NCBI GenBank assembly: GCA_000934665.2
Contig: KZ538978.1
Coordinates: 1 to 37,840, forward strand
DNA: 37,840 nt
Source: Catajapyx aquilonaris
Lineage: Eukaryota
Reading direction: 5' to 3'
A program made the translations under genes and the position numbers. The notes under the pieces were generated by a model. That model worked only from the letters and a program-made list of their open reading frames with translations, was not told where the DNA came from and did not search any database. Below, one piece after another: positions 10,801-22,491 of this stretch; positions within the stretch are counted from its first letter, which is position 1, and each line of letters starts with the position of its first letter.

Positions 10801-13800
10801 TTGGGAATGAGTGAATAAGTGGAGCGACTGAGCTACAAGTCAGCCAGACAGATTTTCATTGCTCGCCGGGTGTAATGGTGAATAATGTCGCCGTGTTAAA
10901 GGCGGGAATAAATAAATCCAGAGGGGTTCAGGGAAACACAGAGGAAGAGGAATGTCCTTGCTACAGGAATTTAAGAGGGACCTAGCCAAGCCTTTCGTAT
11001 TTCCTATTTTTTTGCTATTTCATTTATTTTTTTCTCTACCCCCNCCCCCCCCCCAATGCTTACCTCTCGTTCTATGTCTCTCAGTTCCAAGCGCGCCAGT
11101 GTTTTATATTTTTCACTTTTTCCCGAACCTACTGCGATGCAAGCTCCGCCTCGCTCCAACCGATAAATCTGAAAAAATTGCCTGCAAGGAGACAGGCCCG
11201 GTAATTTTTGGGAGCGGTTGCAAGTTAAAAGCAGTTGCGTTTTTCTCCCCACGCTTTTTTTCTTCTTTCTTTTTTTTCACGCTTTCTTGTAAGGTGGGGA
11301 GAGGGTGTTTCAGCAAATTAAAAGTGGGGTTTGTACGCGCCGGAACGAAGAGGGAAAATAAAAAAAAGAGAAAAATGCCAGAAAAAGATTTTTCTGCCAG
11401 AGGATAAAATATTGCCTTTGGTAAGATCAATTTCGCGCCTGGAATTTCAGTGATTTTTGCCCGCTCTTGTGTAAATCAAATGGAGCCGTAGGTTCAAGCT
11501 GATTTATTCCAGCAGCTAAACTTTCCACTTGTCCACGATTAAACATCACGGGATCCGTGAAAAACAGACCTATTCGTGTCTGAAAATTTAATTGATGATT
11601 TTACTTCTCGCCTCCACTCTCACAATTAATAAGCAAAGATTTACCCAACAGATGACATATGTGAATGTGCCGTGTCACTGATTTTCATCAGTCCTATGAT
11701 TGCCATCGATATTGCCATTTTACATCCACAAGTATCATGCGAATCAGTAAATTAACATTAAATGAGCTGTACGGGTTTGAATCATGCCAGCGGACCGCCA
11801 TTGGCAAACCTGTGATAATTAATTTCACCGAGTTCGGCATTCATTAAATCTATTGAAACAACCCGCAACCGCTCTCTAACCCGCTACAGTAACACCACCA
11901 CACAGTTAAACGCACTCTTTATCCGTTATTTCTACAACCAGCAGAGTCTAGTCAAATTATTGTTAAGAGGAAAAACTCATTCAACTTTCCATGTTGGATA
12001 ACACCCAAATACCACAATATTGTCAGAAACTTATTTGACACAGGGTACGTTATAATCTCTGTTCAACGTCAGTGTTATCAATCTCGCCTATTCGTGCCAA
12101 CTTACTACACGCTACTATGGTGCCAGATGTCTTCTGCAATGCATGACATCTTCAATGAAGAAAGGATCTCTTTCTTCAACGCGACTCTATTAATACTTCA
12201 AAAAAACAACCCCGCCTCTCATATTCCTTTTCTTTTCAAGCTCCGGACATCAAACGTACGTTTTTTTTCATATTCTTCTCGTTTTTTCCCCCTCCCTCCC
12301 CTACCCCCCCAGTTTATATAGAACGGCGATGGAATGGAGGGAGAGGGAATGGCATGGGTGGGGAAGGGGGGGGGGCTCTATCCTGGGAGACTTTTAGATA
12401 TGCAAAAGCCATTCGATTCGCACAACATCCCGTTAAGACGCAAAGAAGTCCGCCTAATTTGAAGGCTCCCCACTCTTAGTCTTCCTATTCAATCCCTCCT
12501 AACCGGATTGAAAAGCTCCGTTTTCAAAAGAATCCCCGGAAAGTTTTGGGTTCTACATCATCACCGAGGGAATGACCTCCTCCCCTCTAGATGGGAAAAA
12601 AAGTATGGGGACAAAAAATAAACTTGCTCACTGCCAAATTTTTCTCCGATGACGCAGCATACGGGAAAAGAAATGAATATTTGCAGAATTTTGTTCGAAG
12701 TTCAGCAATATGTTTAGAATATTGAAGTATGTTTTCTACTACATTCACATACATATTCCATTATAAATAATATAAACTCCAACGTGATTATGATTCTGTG
12801 TTATACCTCTCCATTTTTGCAACAGGCCATGCCACAAATTACCACCTAGAATCATCGAGAACTTCACCTGATGCGAGTCATTTTGATGTCCTGTCAATAT
12901 AAATATGCTCGTCCCCCCCCNNNNNNNNNNNCCCCCCCGCAATATTCATCTGGCAACGGCGTGCTCACTTACCAAGTCCAATCGGGGACAAGTGCCCTGG
13001 GCCAATCCAGTTTAATCACGTGGAGGAATCGGGAATTTCAACGTGGCGAGCCCAGGGCTTATCTCTGATACAAACTTGAAACAAAATCTTTCCAGCCATA
13101 GGTTTAACCCGCCTGATCCTCAACCTTCTCCCTCTCTTCCAGCTCAGGCTTTTTTCATCATCTGTACATCTTGAAAGAAAGGAATGAGACCATTCCCTGG
13201 AGAGAATACATCTCTTCGGATGACAAAGATAGAGGCACTCGACACATCTCGTGGTTGAGGATGATAAAATTTGAAATTGACATCGATTCGCCCGGTCACG
13301 TGCCCCTCCCCCCCTCCCCCTCTCCCTACCCCTTTTCCTCTCACCCTGCTGCCTGCCCAGAGAAGAGTGAAGTAAGAGAACGCATAATTTTCTCCCTTTG
13401 TGAACCCGCACAAAGGCTCTGTGTCCAGGCGGCTGGTGCTGATTAAATGCAATCAATGCACTGGGGGAAGGTTGGGGGTGAGAGGAAAAAGGGGAGGGAT
13501 GTCGAGGGGTCTATTTTCATTAGCCCTCAGAAAGCTATCAGTTTGTGCTACGCAAAAGGAAAAACTAGAGAGGGTTTGGAATACTTAGGTTCAATAACTG
13601 CTAAGTCCAGGCGTGGACTTGAGTGGGTTTTGTCCAAAGAGGCTAAAATGTTAGGTGGAACAGCGGTCATCTTTGAGCATAAAGCAAAGTGATAACTCAC
13701 ACTTGCATGCGAAAGGTAGGCCATTCCATGTCTTAAAGGCTTGTAAAACCATAAAAGATGGCGACTAGTCTCGCAAATTCAGCGTTGGCGAATTATTCTT

Positions 13801-16178
13801 TTAAATGTCTAGTTGAGTGCTGTCTTGCCTATATAACGCTATATGAATGTTTCATATGGTCGTTTTCAAATATAAATTGAAATTCTACATATTTGAACAA
13901 TTCCAATGGAGAAGATGAGCATGGTTGTCTCTAGAGATATACTCATTTGTTTGTGTGCAAAAAGCGAGATCCGGAGAGCTTGGTGGGGGCCAGCTCTTAA
14001 ATTATAGCGAGTGCAGCGGAAGCAGAAGCGGCGGCAGCAAGTACCAGAAGCAACTCCCGAATCCTGCTGGCCTCCCGTGATTGGTGGTCCTCGCGTGCAG
14101 GCAAACGACGCCATCTGTGGTCCTTCGCACGAATGTTGGGCCCCATGATGGATTTCCGGCCGCCTCCTCCTGAGAACTTTCCACCTGTCTCCTGCACTGT
14201 GCGATGCCCACACCCACCTCACCCTCCCTCTTAACCCTCGCAACTTCTCGCACTTAATCACGCTTCTCGCATAACACCAAAACTCTCCGGAAAACCCCTT
14301 ACCAAAAACGAGCCCATCATTACGCAATTTTAGTTCGTCTTTTCCTTCCACCAACTTGAGTGATGGTGGAACCATCTCGACTTGGGGCGGGTCACGTGCG
14401 ACACATTTTGGGGAAATGGCCGACACCGAGATGAGTGACACCGCTGGAGGAATTTGCAAAATTAGCTCCATTTCATCAGTGTCGGTGTGGCTGTTTCAGA
14501 GACGAGCTTATCTTCTCATATTTTTTTTTGTTCTTCTTGTGCACCGTGTTCCTTTCCGCTCTTTTCTCATCTGTTTATAACCCCATCTTGTTCCTTCACG
14601 CTTCTCTTTACACCCTGCTTTTCACTTTCCGCCACTTAGTTCCCGAATTCGCCCAACCAGCCTTTTGTCTTTTCCTCCGTTTTGTCTTTTTTTCTGAGGA
14701 AGCTTATTCGCCTCCAACAATCTACTTTTCCAGCCCGACAGTCATTCGGCACCTTCTTTTCGCCTCAATGTTTGCCATTCTCGATCCCGTAATAAAATGA
14801 CACGCCATACAGCATGGCGGCTTGGCTGGTTAGAAGGCGAGGCAACGAGGCCACCACCGCCGTTTGGTGGAGTCTCAAACCGAAACAGAAGAGAAAGGAA
14901 TGAACGATCAAAAAAGACTGACTCTTCTTCCTGCTGGGGCCATTCTGCCCATTAGCCCATTTGGCTCCCAAGAGAAGACAGCGAAGAACAGAATAAAACT
15001 GAGCCCTCTGTTCGTCGCTATGGGAACCGTCCCAAAGTGTACTGCAGATCGACATAGGCCCGCCTGGTCTTTTCATCTTGTATTCTGGGGGCATGCTGAT
15101 GCTACAAGCAGACAATCTAATTCAGTCAAATGAAGCCAGCCGAGAGCTGCTTCAAAGGACCTCCCTGGATTAGCCTACATAGTAAGTCCACCTCCTCTCC
15201 GACGTAGGCACTTTAAGTAGGCGACTACCAACCAGATTCACCTAATACTGGTAACGTCCAATGCAATTATGTCCTTCTCTCCGGAATGTGGAATCCTAAA
15301 ACATGCAGCATTGATCAGCATACTTTTAACGACAAAGCATAATTTCAGCTTCAGGGGGATGTACTGTAACAACCAACGAGCCCTGGCAGTACTGCATGCG
15401 GTATTCTATGGAACGTGTTGAAACTGAAGCTCCATATAGGGCTGGTTCTATATAAAAGGGGTTCTCTAAAAAAAACTTCATGGATCATATTTAGCCGGAT
15501 TCATCACTGCTTAATGAAAACTCACTGTACACGTTTTTCCCTGCTGGTATACATTTCATATCACGGCCTCTCTCTCTCCACGACGCATTGTTAATATCGT
15601 CGGGACGCAATAAAAACAGGTAAACACGATGAAAACTCTAATTACATACAATACAAAATTCTGGATATACCCCAGGATGTTTATGCCTGCTGGCGGATTC
15701 ATGGTGAAAAAACAAAAGGCTGAGTGGCTCCAGCATGGAAACAGATCCATGTCGAGGGTATACGTCCCAAAACCACTCCTCTCAGGATGGAAAATACAGC
15801 CTACAAAATGATAATTATGGGTCTAAACGCGAATAAGTTAGGCGGAAGAGGGCTCGTTCGGCTGGGAAACTAATTCCCCAAGTCCGGTTTACGCCGCGTC
15901 GTTTGCAGGGCTCCAAAATGGACTAAGGGACGGTCCGAGCAACCGCCAAAACCACACAGATACTTCCACCCTCCATATTACTACTAACGCAAGCACACCC
16001 CCTTTTCCAGCCCTGGCCCAGCAAGCACCCGCCTCCCACACCTCTTGCAGAGCTGTAATAAGAGCGGCAGAATAACGAGGCAATTTACACAGCCTAGCCT
16101 CGGATAATAACTCGCCCCCACTCTACAGGCCCCATTTGATTTTTATGGCTGCATCGGAGGAGTTTCCGGGGGTCCGAC

Positions 16179-16260
16179 TGACGTCACAAGAGCCACGCCC
16201 CCACCTAATTCTAAACTTGGTGGCACCGTCAGACAGGTGCCACACGCCATCTGGTCTGTA
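16179..16260. promoter_or_regulatory. Motif cluster: CRE palindrome, Sp/KLF GC box and CTCF/YY1-like core
   Basis: TGACGTCA at 16179-16186, GCCACGCCCCC at 16192-16202 and CGCCATCTGG near 16245, within a CpG-rich stretch. Motif match only. Confidence 0.3.
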
Positions 16261-16930
16261 ATAACGCCGGAGGACGTTCCCCGATAGAATTGGATGTACC
16301 GTAGAATTTGAGGAATTTCCTCCGCGTGATGTCTCAAGTGTTAGAGAGGTCACGCCCAGCTCGCCAAATAGGTCGGAGTACAATCGGAGCAAAAAAAGAT
16401 ACGGACAAAATCGTACTACTGTACATGTTCCGCGACCACCGTATCTCTGTCATAAATGCTGGGTAAATCCGGTGTCAACGTGGCATAGGTTCAGAGAGTG
16501 TGTGGTGGCACACACCTGAACCGTAATCAGGCTGGTGATAACGTGGTCGTGATCTCCATGCGCCGGGCCACTGCTCAGTACCGTATCTCTTTTGGAGACT
16601 GCTTCACTGCTGCGACTCACTGTCTGGCCGTGCATAAAATGAAGCCTGTAAAAGGGCGGCTGGAGCGTGGGATGACTTTCCGGCTGGTCAGTTGTGCTCC
16701 CTCCCAACACACCCCCTCGCCCTCTCTAGCTCTCTCAATGGACTCAGTGGCCGGTCCCCCAACGCGCCTCAAATTGGCCCTTTACAGGCCTGCTCTCATC
16801 TTTGCTCGCTAGCCTTTTATTAGCATCCTCTCCTCTTACGCAGAATACCAATCGACACACTGGCTTCACACCCAAAGTGTTAGGCGCTAGCGACAATGCT
16901 TAGTACAGTACTAGCCTCTGTTTTGATGAG

Positions 16931-17028
16931 GACGCTATTAACAGATGGCGCTGATTGAAACCGACGCTATTAACAGATGGCGCAGGTTGAGACGGACGCT
17001 ATTAACAGATGACGCTGCGCTGGTTGAG
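16931..17028. repeat. Three-copy 32-bp tandem repeat
   Basis: GACGCTATTAACAGATG(G/A)CGC starts at 16931, 16963 and 16995. Confidence 0.9.
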
Positions 17029-17717
17029 TGCTATATATACACACTTGGGAGACGGAAAAGGGTGTGGTGGAATCTTGGTGGGCGCCGACTGTACCGAGAG
17101 CCGAGCAAGTCGGAAATAAGAGGCGGCCCCTGCAGGCGATAAAAGAGAGAGGGGCCATCGAAATACTTTGGCCGGGGATTTAAAGCGGGCAAGAGCTGCA
17201 ATATTTCGCAGGAAATGAAAAGTTTGGCCTGTCACTTGCAATTCGACGTATCCGTCCCCCTTGGGCTGGGCCCTGCCCGGATTTTCTCTCCCCAGGCTCC
17301 GGCAGGAATGATAGAGCTTGCATCACATGTCACATCCGTATCAACAATTCCCCTTGATCGTGGGACTGGAAATGGCGCTTCCAACGCCCTATCATTACCA
17401 CATACTGTATAATTTCCATATCCAGCCGACCTCCGGGGGTCGACAAGATGGCCCACCGTCAATAAATGAAAAACCGGTCTGAAACAAGAGGTCCAGTGTC
17501 CATTCATTAGCAGGCCCATTTCCTTCAATTGGTCATGAGTCCAGATGTAGAGGGGGAGGAATGGCAGTATATCCTGGCGATTCCTGGCCCAGATGAAACA
17601 CGCTCAACGCGCGGAAAATTCGACTGAAACGAGCCTAGTAAAATAACGCTAGTGCAGGGATGAAATCCCCGTTTGGCAGAGTTAAAAGCTGGCCATGAGA
17701 GGAAAAGCGCTCTCTGG

Positions 17718-17771
17718 TTCTCTCTCTCTCTCTCCCTCACACACACACACATACACGCACATGCACACACA
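17718..17771. repeat. Compound (CT)n(CA)n microsatellite
   Basis: A TCTCTC run followed by an imperfect CACACA run. Confidence 0.85.
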
Positions 17772-20006
17772 GAGGTCCCCAACCGAGCGGCAATCCTACC
17801 ATCTATTACTGTAGGCAGCGCCCAGAAACAACGTATAGCTGCGTATTTACAGATGTCGCGATAAAAGCAGACAGCGTAAAGGCGTGGTGGATGGAAACCG
17901 CAGTGTTTGAAAGCCTCCCGACCCGTCTGATTCCACTTTAACAATGTAAATTTGGCCTTTTCCCAACGCAGCTTTTGCGAACTGTCCCCATTTTTTTTAG
18001 GAAATAGGACAAAAAAGACACAACAACAGGAATGGAAGGCTGGCTCTTTTTTTGTGTTAAACCCTTCGTTTTTTAGGAGATGGGGGAGCTGCGCAGCTCT
18101 TTTTTGCAGGAAAAGCCCCAGCGGAGGTTTTTAAAAGAGCAGCGGGACACTCGGGAAATTAATTACCCGCAGAACAGTCGCATCCTCTATGGAAATCTGT
18201 CTTCTTTCATGAGGAACGAGGAGGCAAGTTGAGAAGCTACAGTTATGAGATAAAGACTTTTTTTTTCCTGTGCAAATCTGAGTGCTCAGAACGAAGTGGT
18301 AATTGTTTCTTCAGAGTCAGGTTCATTATCGGATTTACACTGCTAAGATTCATTAGCTGTCGCTCCAATGTAATCTAAGGAACAAGGATGTTTACTCAAT
18401 GCAATGAAAAGAATTGGAACCAGGAGGCCTATATGGCGTATCCAAAGGGGGTAGTCAGAATTTGAAGAGTATAAGTGTGGAGCTGTGGAGAGTTTTGCTG
18501 GGCTTGAAAATGCGGCTGGGGTAAAGACAGAAGAGAGGCCTGGTCCACTGGGAGAGAGGATGGAATAGGATGGGTTTTAGGTTTTGGGAAAGAGGATGAG
18601 GAAGAAGACCGAGCTATGTAGCAGGCAGGCAGGATATCGAGCGAGCTTATTCGCTGTGCCTCCCGGATATGACATCCATTCCGTTTAATTGTATTGTGCA
18701 GCGGAGCCCTTCCCCACTCTGTTTTCTTTTATGTCCGCCTCTCGGTTCCGCTTTATCGGCTCCCGCTCGTTTTTTGTGTCAAGATGTGCACGCATCTGCT
18801 CCACCAAACTATTCATCCCCCGCCCACCCCCACTTTTCCCGCATGCATCGTTTTATCTCCTCTTCCATTCGGCCTCCAAACGCGATATTCAATTATCAAC
18901 CTCATCGTCCTTACATCTGCGCGAATCAAACTGCAACCTGGCTCTCAATCGCTCCGGAAAATTATTCCCAGACTGCACCCTAACCGATACCAATTCCCTA
19001 ATAGCCGCATTTGCCCAGATATCGCTAGTGGCAGCAGCCCCTGCCTGCATATGTGCGATGTATACGTAGCCAGGCTCTCTAATCTGCAAGCCTGCCCTGT
19101 AGCGACAGACCAAGCAAAGTCCACCCAGGCCCATGGTACTTTAGATGCACAAACTCGTTCCAGATAAAGAGGAACAAGTGCATGACGCCAACCCATAACT
19201 TTGCCTCATCTCTTCCTCCTACGCCTGCCTGCAGGCCAATTAGAAATCCCGTCTCAAGCCCGGGGAATTCCCGGCTCTTTATGCGCTTTCCCCTCCGTCT
19301 CAGCTAGTCGCCTTCCTGCTGCAGCTGCAGCTCAGGACGACCCTTAGCTTGAGCCTAACTCGACTCCAAATGCTGGGCTTCACTGATCCACTGGCCGTCC
19401 TTAACAAACTTGTCCCATGCCTGTGGACATAGCTGGCGAAAGGGGATTAAAAGATGTTGGGACCCTTCATCAACTTTGTGGCTCATTTGGCTACTGGTAT
19501 CCCAATTTTAAATCCACCAGACCGATCAGATTCAGATGGATCGACGCCTTTGTCACTTTTCTATAGCCAGTACATTTATAGTGTGGGTGTCCATTTCTAA
19601 TGGGCGGTTATCCCGGCTCTCGATTATTAGTTTTTTGTTCATTTGCAAGCAATCCACATGTCGACAGATTGTGAGTGATAAGTACCCAATCGGCCGAATC
19701 CCGCTGGAAACGAATCCGCTGTACCGCACAAAACCAGCTCAGTGTCAGTTTCAACTGCATAATAGAGGATAGCGCTTTTCATCTTTATTAAGGTGCATAA
19801 GCCCGAATTGCATGATCATTTATTTTTTCCAAATGAAATGCAGCAACGTCATTTTTAAAGTCACTTAGTTCTACCAATATGCAATTTGTTAAATGCCACC
19901 ATTGTTACCATTAAATGGTGTGTCAAGATTAATTAGTATGCAATGGCAGTGTTGCCAATATTGATGACATAAAAAGTGGCGGTTTTGAGTTATTTACACC
20001 TTTAAA

Positions 20007-20200
20007 TACCAGTAAAACGGGGTTAGATTGTGCCAGCGCATTTTTGTACAACATAGTGGCAGCAGGCGTAAGCTAGCGAATTTCGGCATGTTTAACTACA
20101 TTAAGGGATGGTCAAGGGTGACAATGACGAATACGATTAGCGGTAGGGAGCACTGTTGTCTATGAAATTCGCTGGCACAATCTCTCCCCGTTGTACAGTA
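20007..20200. mobile_element. pogo/Tigger-like MITE with ~50-bp imperfect TIRs
   Basis: Left end TACCAGTAAAACGGGGTTAGATTGTGCCAGCG; right end CGCTGGCACAATCTCTCCCCGTTGTACAGTA; both ends are TA. Confidence 0.75.
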
Positions 20201-20741
20201 ATATTTTGTTCTGCTCTATCTCCTAGTGGAGTTCATTAATTCATAAAGACTCATTAGGAGCCAGGAAGCCAGAATTTTCTGTCATCACTAGCATAAAAAC
20301 AAGTGCAAAGTCAAATCTTTGCGTTGGATTATCTCGAATCTGTTTTTTTTTTTTTGGACTTTTTTTTGGCCAGACCTGTTTCTTTCCCCTCTTTTCCCCC
20401 TCCAAGTGAATGCCTGAGGTTCTGAACCCCCCGGAATCGCAATCATGCAGGCCACTTGATTGTTAGCGCACGCAAATGGCGCGCATTTTTGTGAGCGAAA
20501 TTCATTAGGACCCGCAATGTTTGCCCACCTTTTCCCAGCACCCATCTCGGCCAGCTCGTTGCAGAAAGTTACTCAAATCTTAGGCCAGTAGCGCCGGAAA
20601 TGCGGCAATAAAAAGTACAAGGGAGCATAAAAGAGTGGCAATATGGCGGATAATATTCCGCCCTTGTCGCGCTCTTAAAGGGACGGGCTCAAATGGGAAC
20701 GTTTCCCCGTCGGCAGGCAGATGGTTTTAAAAAAAAAAGTT

Positions 20742-20899
20742 GGGGGGGGGGGGGGNNNNNNNNNNNNNNNNNNNNNNNNNNNNNNNNNNNNNNNNNNNNN
20801 NNNNNNNNNNNNNNNNNNNNNNNNNNNNNNNNNNNNNNNNNNNNNNNNNNNNNNNNNNNNNNNNNNNNNNNNNNNNNNNNNNNNCCCCCCCCCCCCCCC
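20742..20899. other. Assembly gap (129 N) flanked by G14 and C15 homopolymers
   Basis: N at 20756-20884. Smaller N runs at 11044, 12921-12931, 25420-25427, 35274 and 36277 also sit in or next to G/C runs. Confidence 0.95.
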
Positions 20900-21138
20900 A
20901 AAAAAAAAGGACTTTTGCTCACTCTCCTTCACTATCTTACTTGTTATTTTTTTTATCCGGGAGCCAGTAAGTGGCCGTTTTACTTCGGTAAGTTTGTAGC
21001 CCCCCTGTACACATCGCCATTTTCTTGCTCAGTTTATTGGGGAAAAAATAATAGGTCATTATCAAAACCAGAGTGTGTTAATTCCGGATTACAGGTATCA
21101 ACTCAACACTAAATTCCTATTTACAATACAGTAAAACC

Positions 21139-21545
21139 ACCGATGCAGTAGTGGTGGAGTGGATATGGTGTCCTACTGCTAATCGGGAGGTCCTATGTTC
21201 GAGTCCCGGAGGACGGCGATCCTGACCTTGGTTTTCTGTGGTTTTCCAAGGTCGCCCCAGGAAAAATTCGGGGATCGTACCGTAAAATAGGCCGCAGCCG
21301 ATTCCTTCCCTGCCCTGGAGGAGATGCAGTGTTGGTGGGGGGGGGGGGGTTTCTGACCCGCATCTAGGGGGTCATCTTGGCGAACGGTCCCCCTGAGGGA
21401 CTGCACACGACCCCCAACTTGATGACATTGCACTTGCACCAGTGTCCCCCCTCATTATCCCTATCCTGTCCCCTGCACTTACGGTGGTATTCCACTCCCC
21501 TAAGAGGGCCTAGGGCCCTAGCACGGGGTATAACAACAAAAAAAA
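21139..21545 (+). mobile_element. tRNA-derived SINE, long-tail variant, with target-site duplication
   Basis: Head and body (21139-21312) match the other copies. A structured tail ends GGGGTAT plus an A-rich run. Flanks are ACAATACAGTAAAACC (21123-21138) and ACAATACAG-AAAACC (21546-21560). Confidence 0.85.
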
Positions 21546-21560
21546 ACAATACAGAAAACC

Positions 21561-21860
21561 CTGTCGATCCCCGCCTGGGAGTTCCCTTTCACCTGCGTCA
21601 GGAGGGTCTCTGACCTGCACCAAGGAGGTGTCTGGCAACCTAACCTCCTAGGGAACAGCACATGACCCCATATCAGACATTGCACTTGCACCCATGTTAC
21701 CTCCCCAAAAAATCCCCATCCTTACCCATGTCCTTTCATCCTTGCACCGGAGTTAGAAGAAAGAAAATCAGAAAATTGAAGGAAAAATGGCGGTATTCCA
21801 TCCCCCTACAAGGGCCAATGGCCATATCACGGGGTAACGTAAAATTAAATTAAATTAAAA
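21561..21860 (+). mobile_element. Headless, diverged second copy of the long SINE/LINE tail ending in (AAATT)n
   Basis: Collinear with 21335-21535 through TCTGACC.GCA, GACCCC, GACATTGCACTTGCACC, GGTATTCCA and CCCCTA..GGGCC...GGCC....CACGGGGTA. Confidence 0.75.
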
Positions 21861-21861
21861 A

Positions 21862-22001
21862 TACAGTAAGTTGGACACCTTAATAAGTTGGCCACTTCTC
21901 TACAGTATGTTGGACATTATTTTTGGAACCGTCAATGTTGCTAAGTTGGACACTTATCTATCTTGGAAGTTGGACACTTTTTTTCCTCTTAAGTTGGACA
22001 T
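21862..22001. repeat. Six copies of A(A/T)GTTGG(A/C)CA(C/T); probably subterminal repeats of a TA-CAGTA (pogo-like) DNA element
   Basis: Motif at 21868, 21885, 21907, 21943, 21967 and 21991, preceded by TACAGTA. Confidence 0.55.
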
Positions 22002-22398
22002 GTACAGTACAATTTTCACATTATTTTACTCTATGTCCATTTTCGTTTTTCCTTAAAAGTGAACCATGCTGAGGTCTGAATACATTTTGTAAAGCATGTC
22101 TGGGTCATTTTATCGCCGAAAGATTATTGGCCACATTTTTGCTGTTGAGAGACAATTGAAATTTCTCTAATATTAAGGGCAGGGTGGTAAATTATTTAAC
22201 AGTCACTTGTTAACGATTTTTTGTACCACAAAGTAGACAAGTTTTAGGAATTGTATGTACAAGTACTTGTAGATTCCACCGATAATTAATAAATACATAA
22301 ACATGATTTGAAAGTTGATTACTGGATGAATACTGTACATGACTTACTTTGAATTGTACTCTGCATTACTGTGCTGCAGTCTGAAACCCGTTAGGTTG

Positions 22399-22491
22399 AA
22401 ATCCTAATACGTCGGGCACCTCCCTATGTTGGACACTGACGGTTCCATTTAGAATGTCCAACATAGGGAGGTGCCCGACGTATTAGGATTT
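22399..22491. repeat. Perfect 37-bp inverted repeat with 19-nt spacer
   Basis: AAATCCTAATACGTCGGGCACCTCCCTATGTTGGACA (22399-22435) and its exact reverse complement (22455-22491). Confidence 0.95.

Noticed and set aside
13120..13146. miR-750-like CTCTTCCAGCTCA
   Set aside because: Only the 3' part matches as I recall the miRNA. The seed differs and there is no precursor hairpin.
13866..14471. 201-aa minus-strand ORF and other 100-160-aa ORFs (10952, 13016, 18694, 26464)
   Set aside because: No recognisable domain, low-complexity composition and several overlapping open frames, as expected in GC-rich non-coding DNA.
16931..17028. CRISPR-like mini-array
   Set aside because: The intervening segments are short and similar to each other, there are no cas genes, and the DNA is eukaryotic. 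It is an ordinary tandem repeat.
20675..21112. ORFs spanning the N gap
   Set aside because: Artefacts of translating N and homopolymer runs.
21360..21400. HDV-like ribozyme suggested by GGCGAA or CTAA before a closing stem
   Set aside because: There is no room for P1, P3, L3 and P4 between the paired strands.
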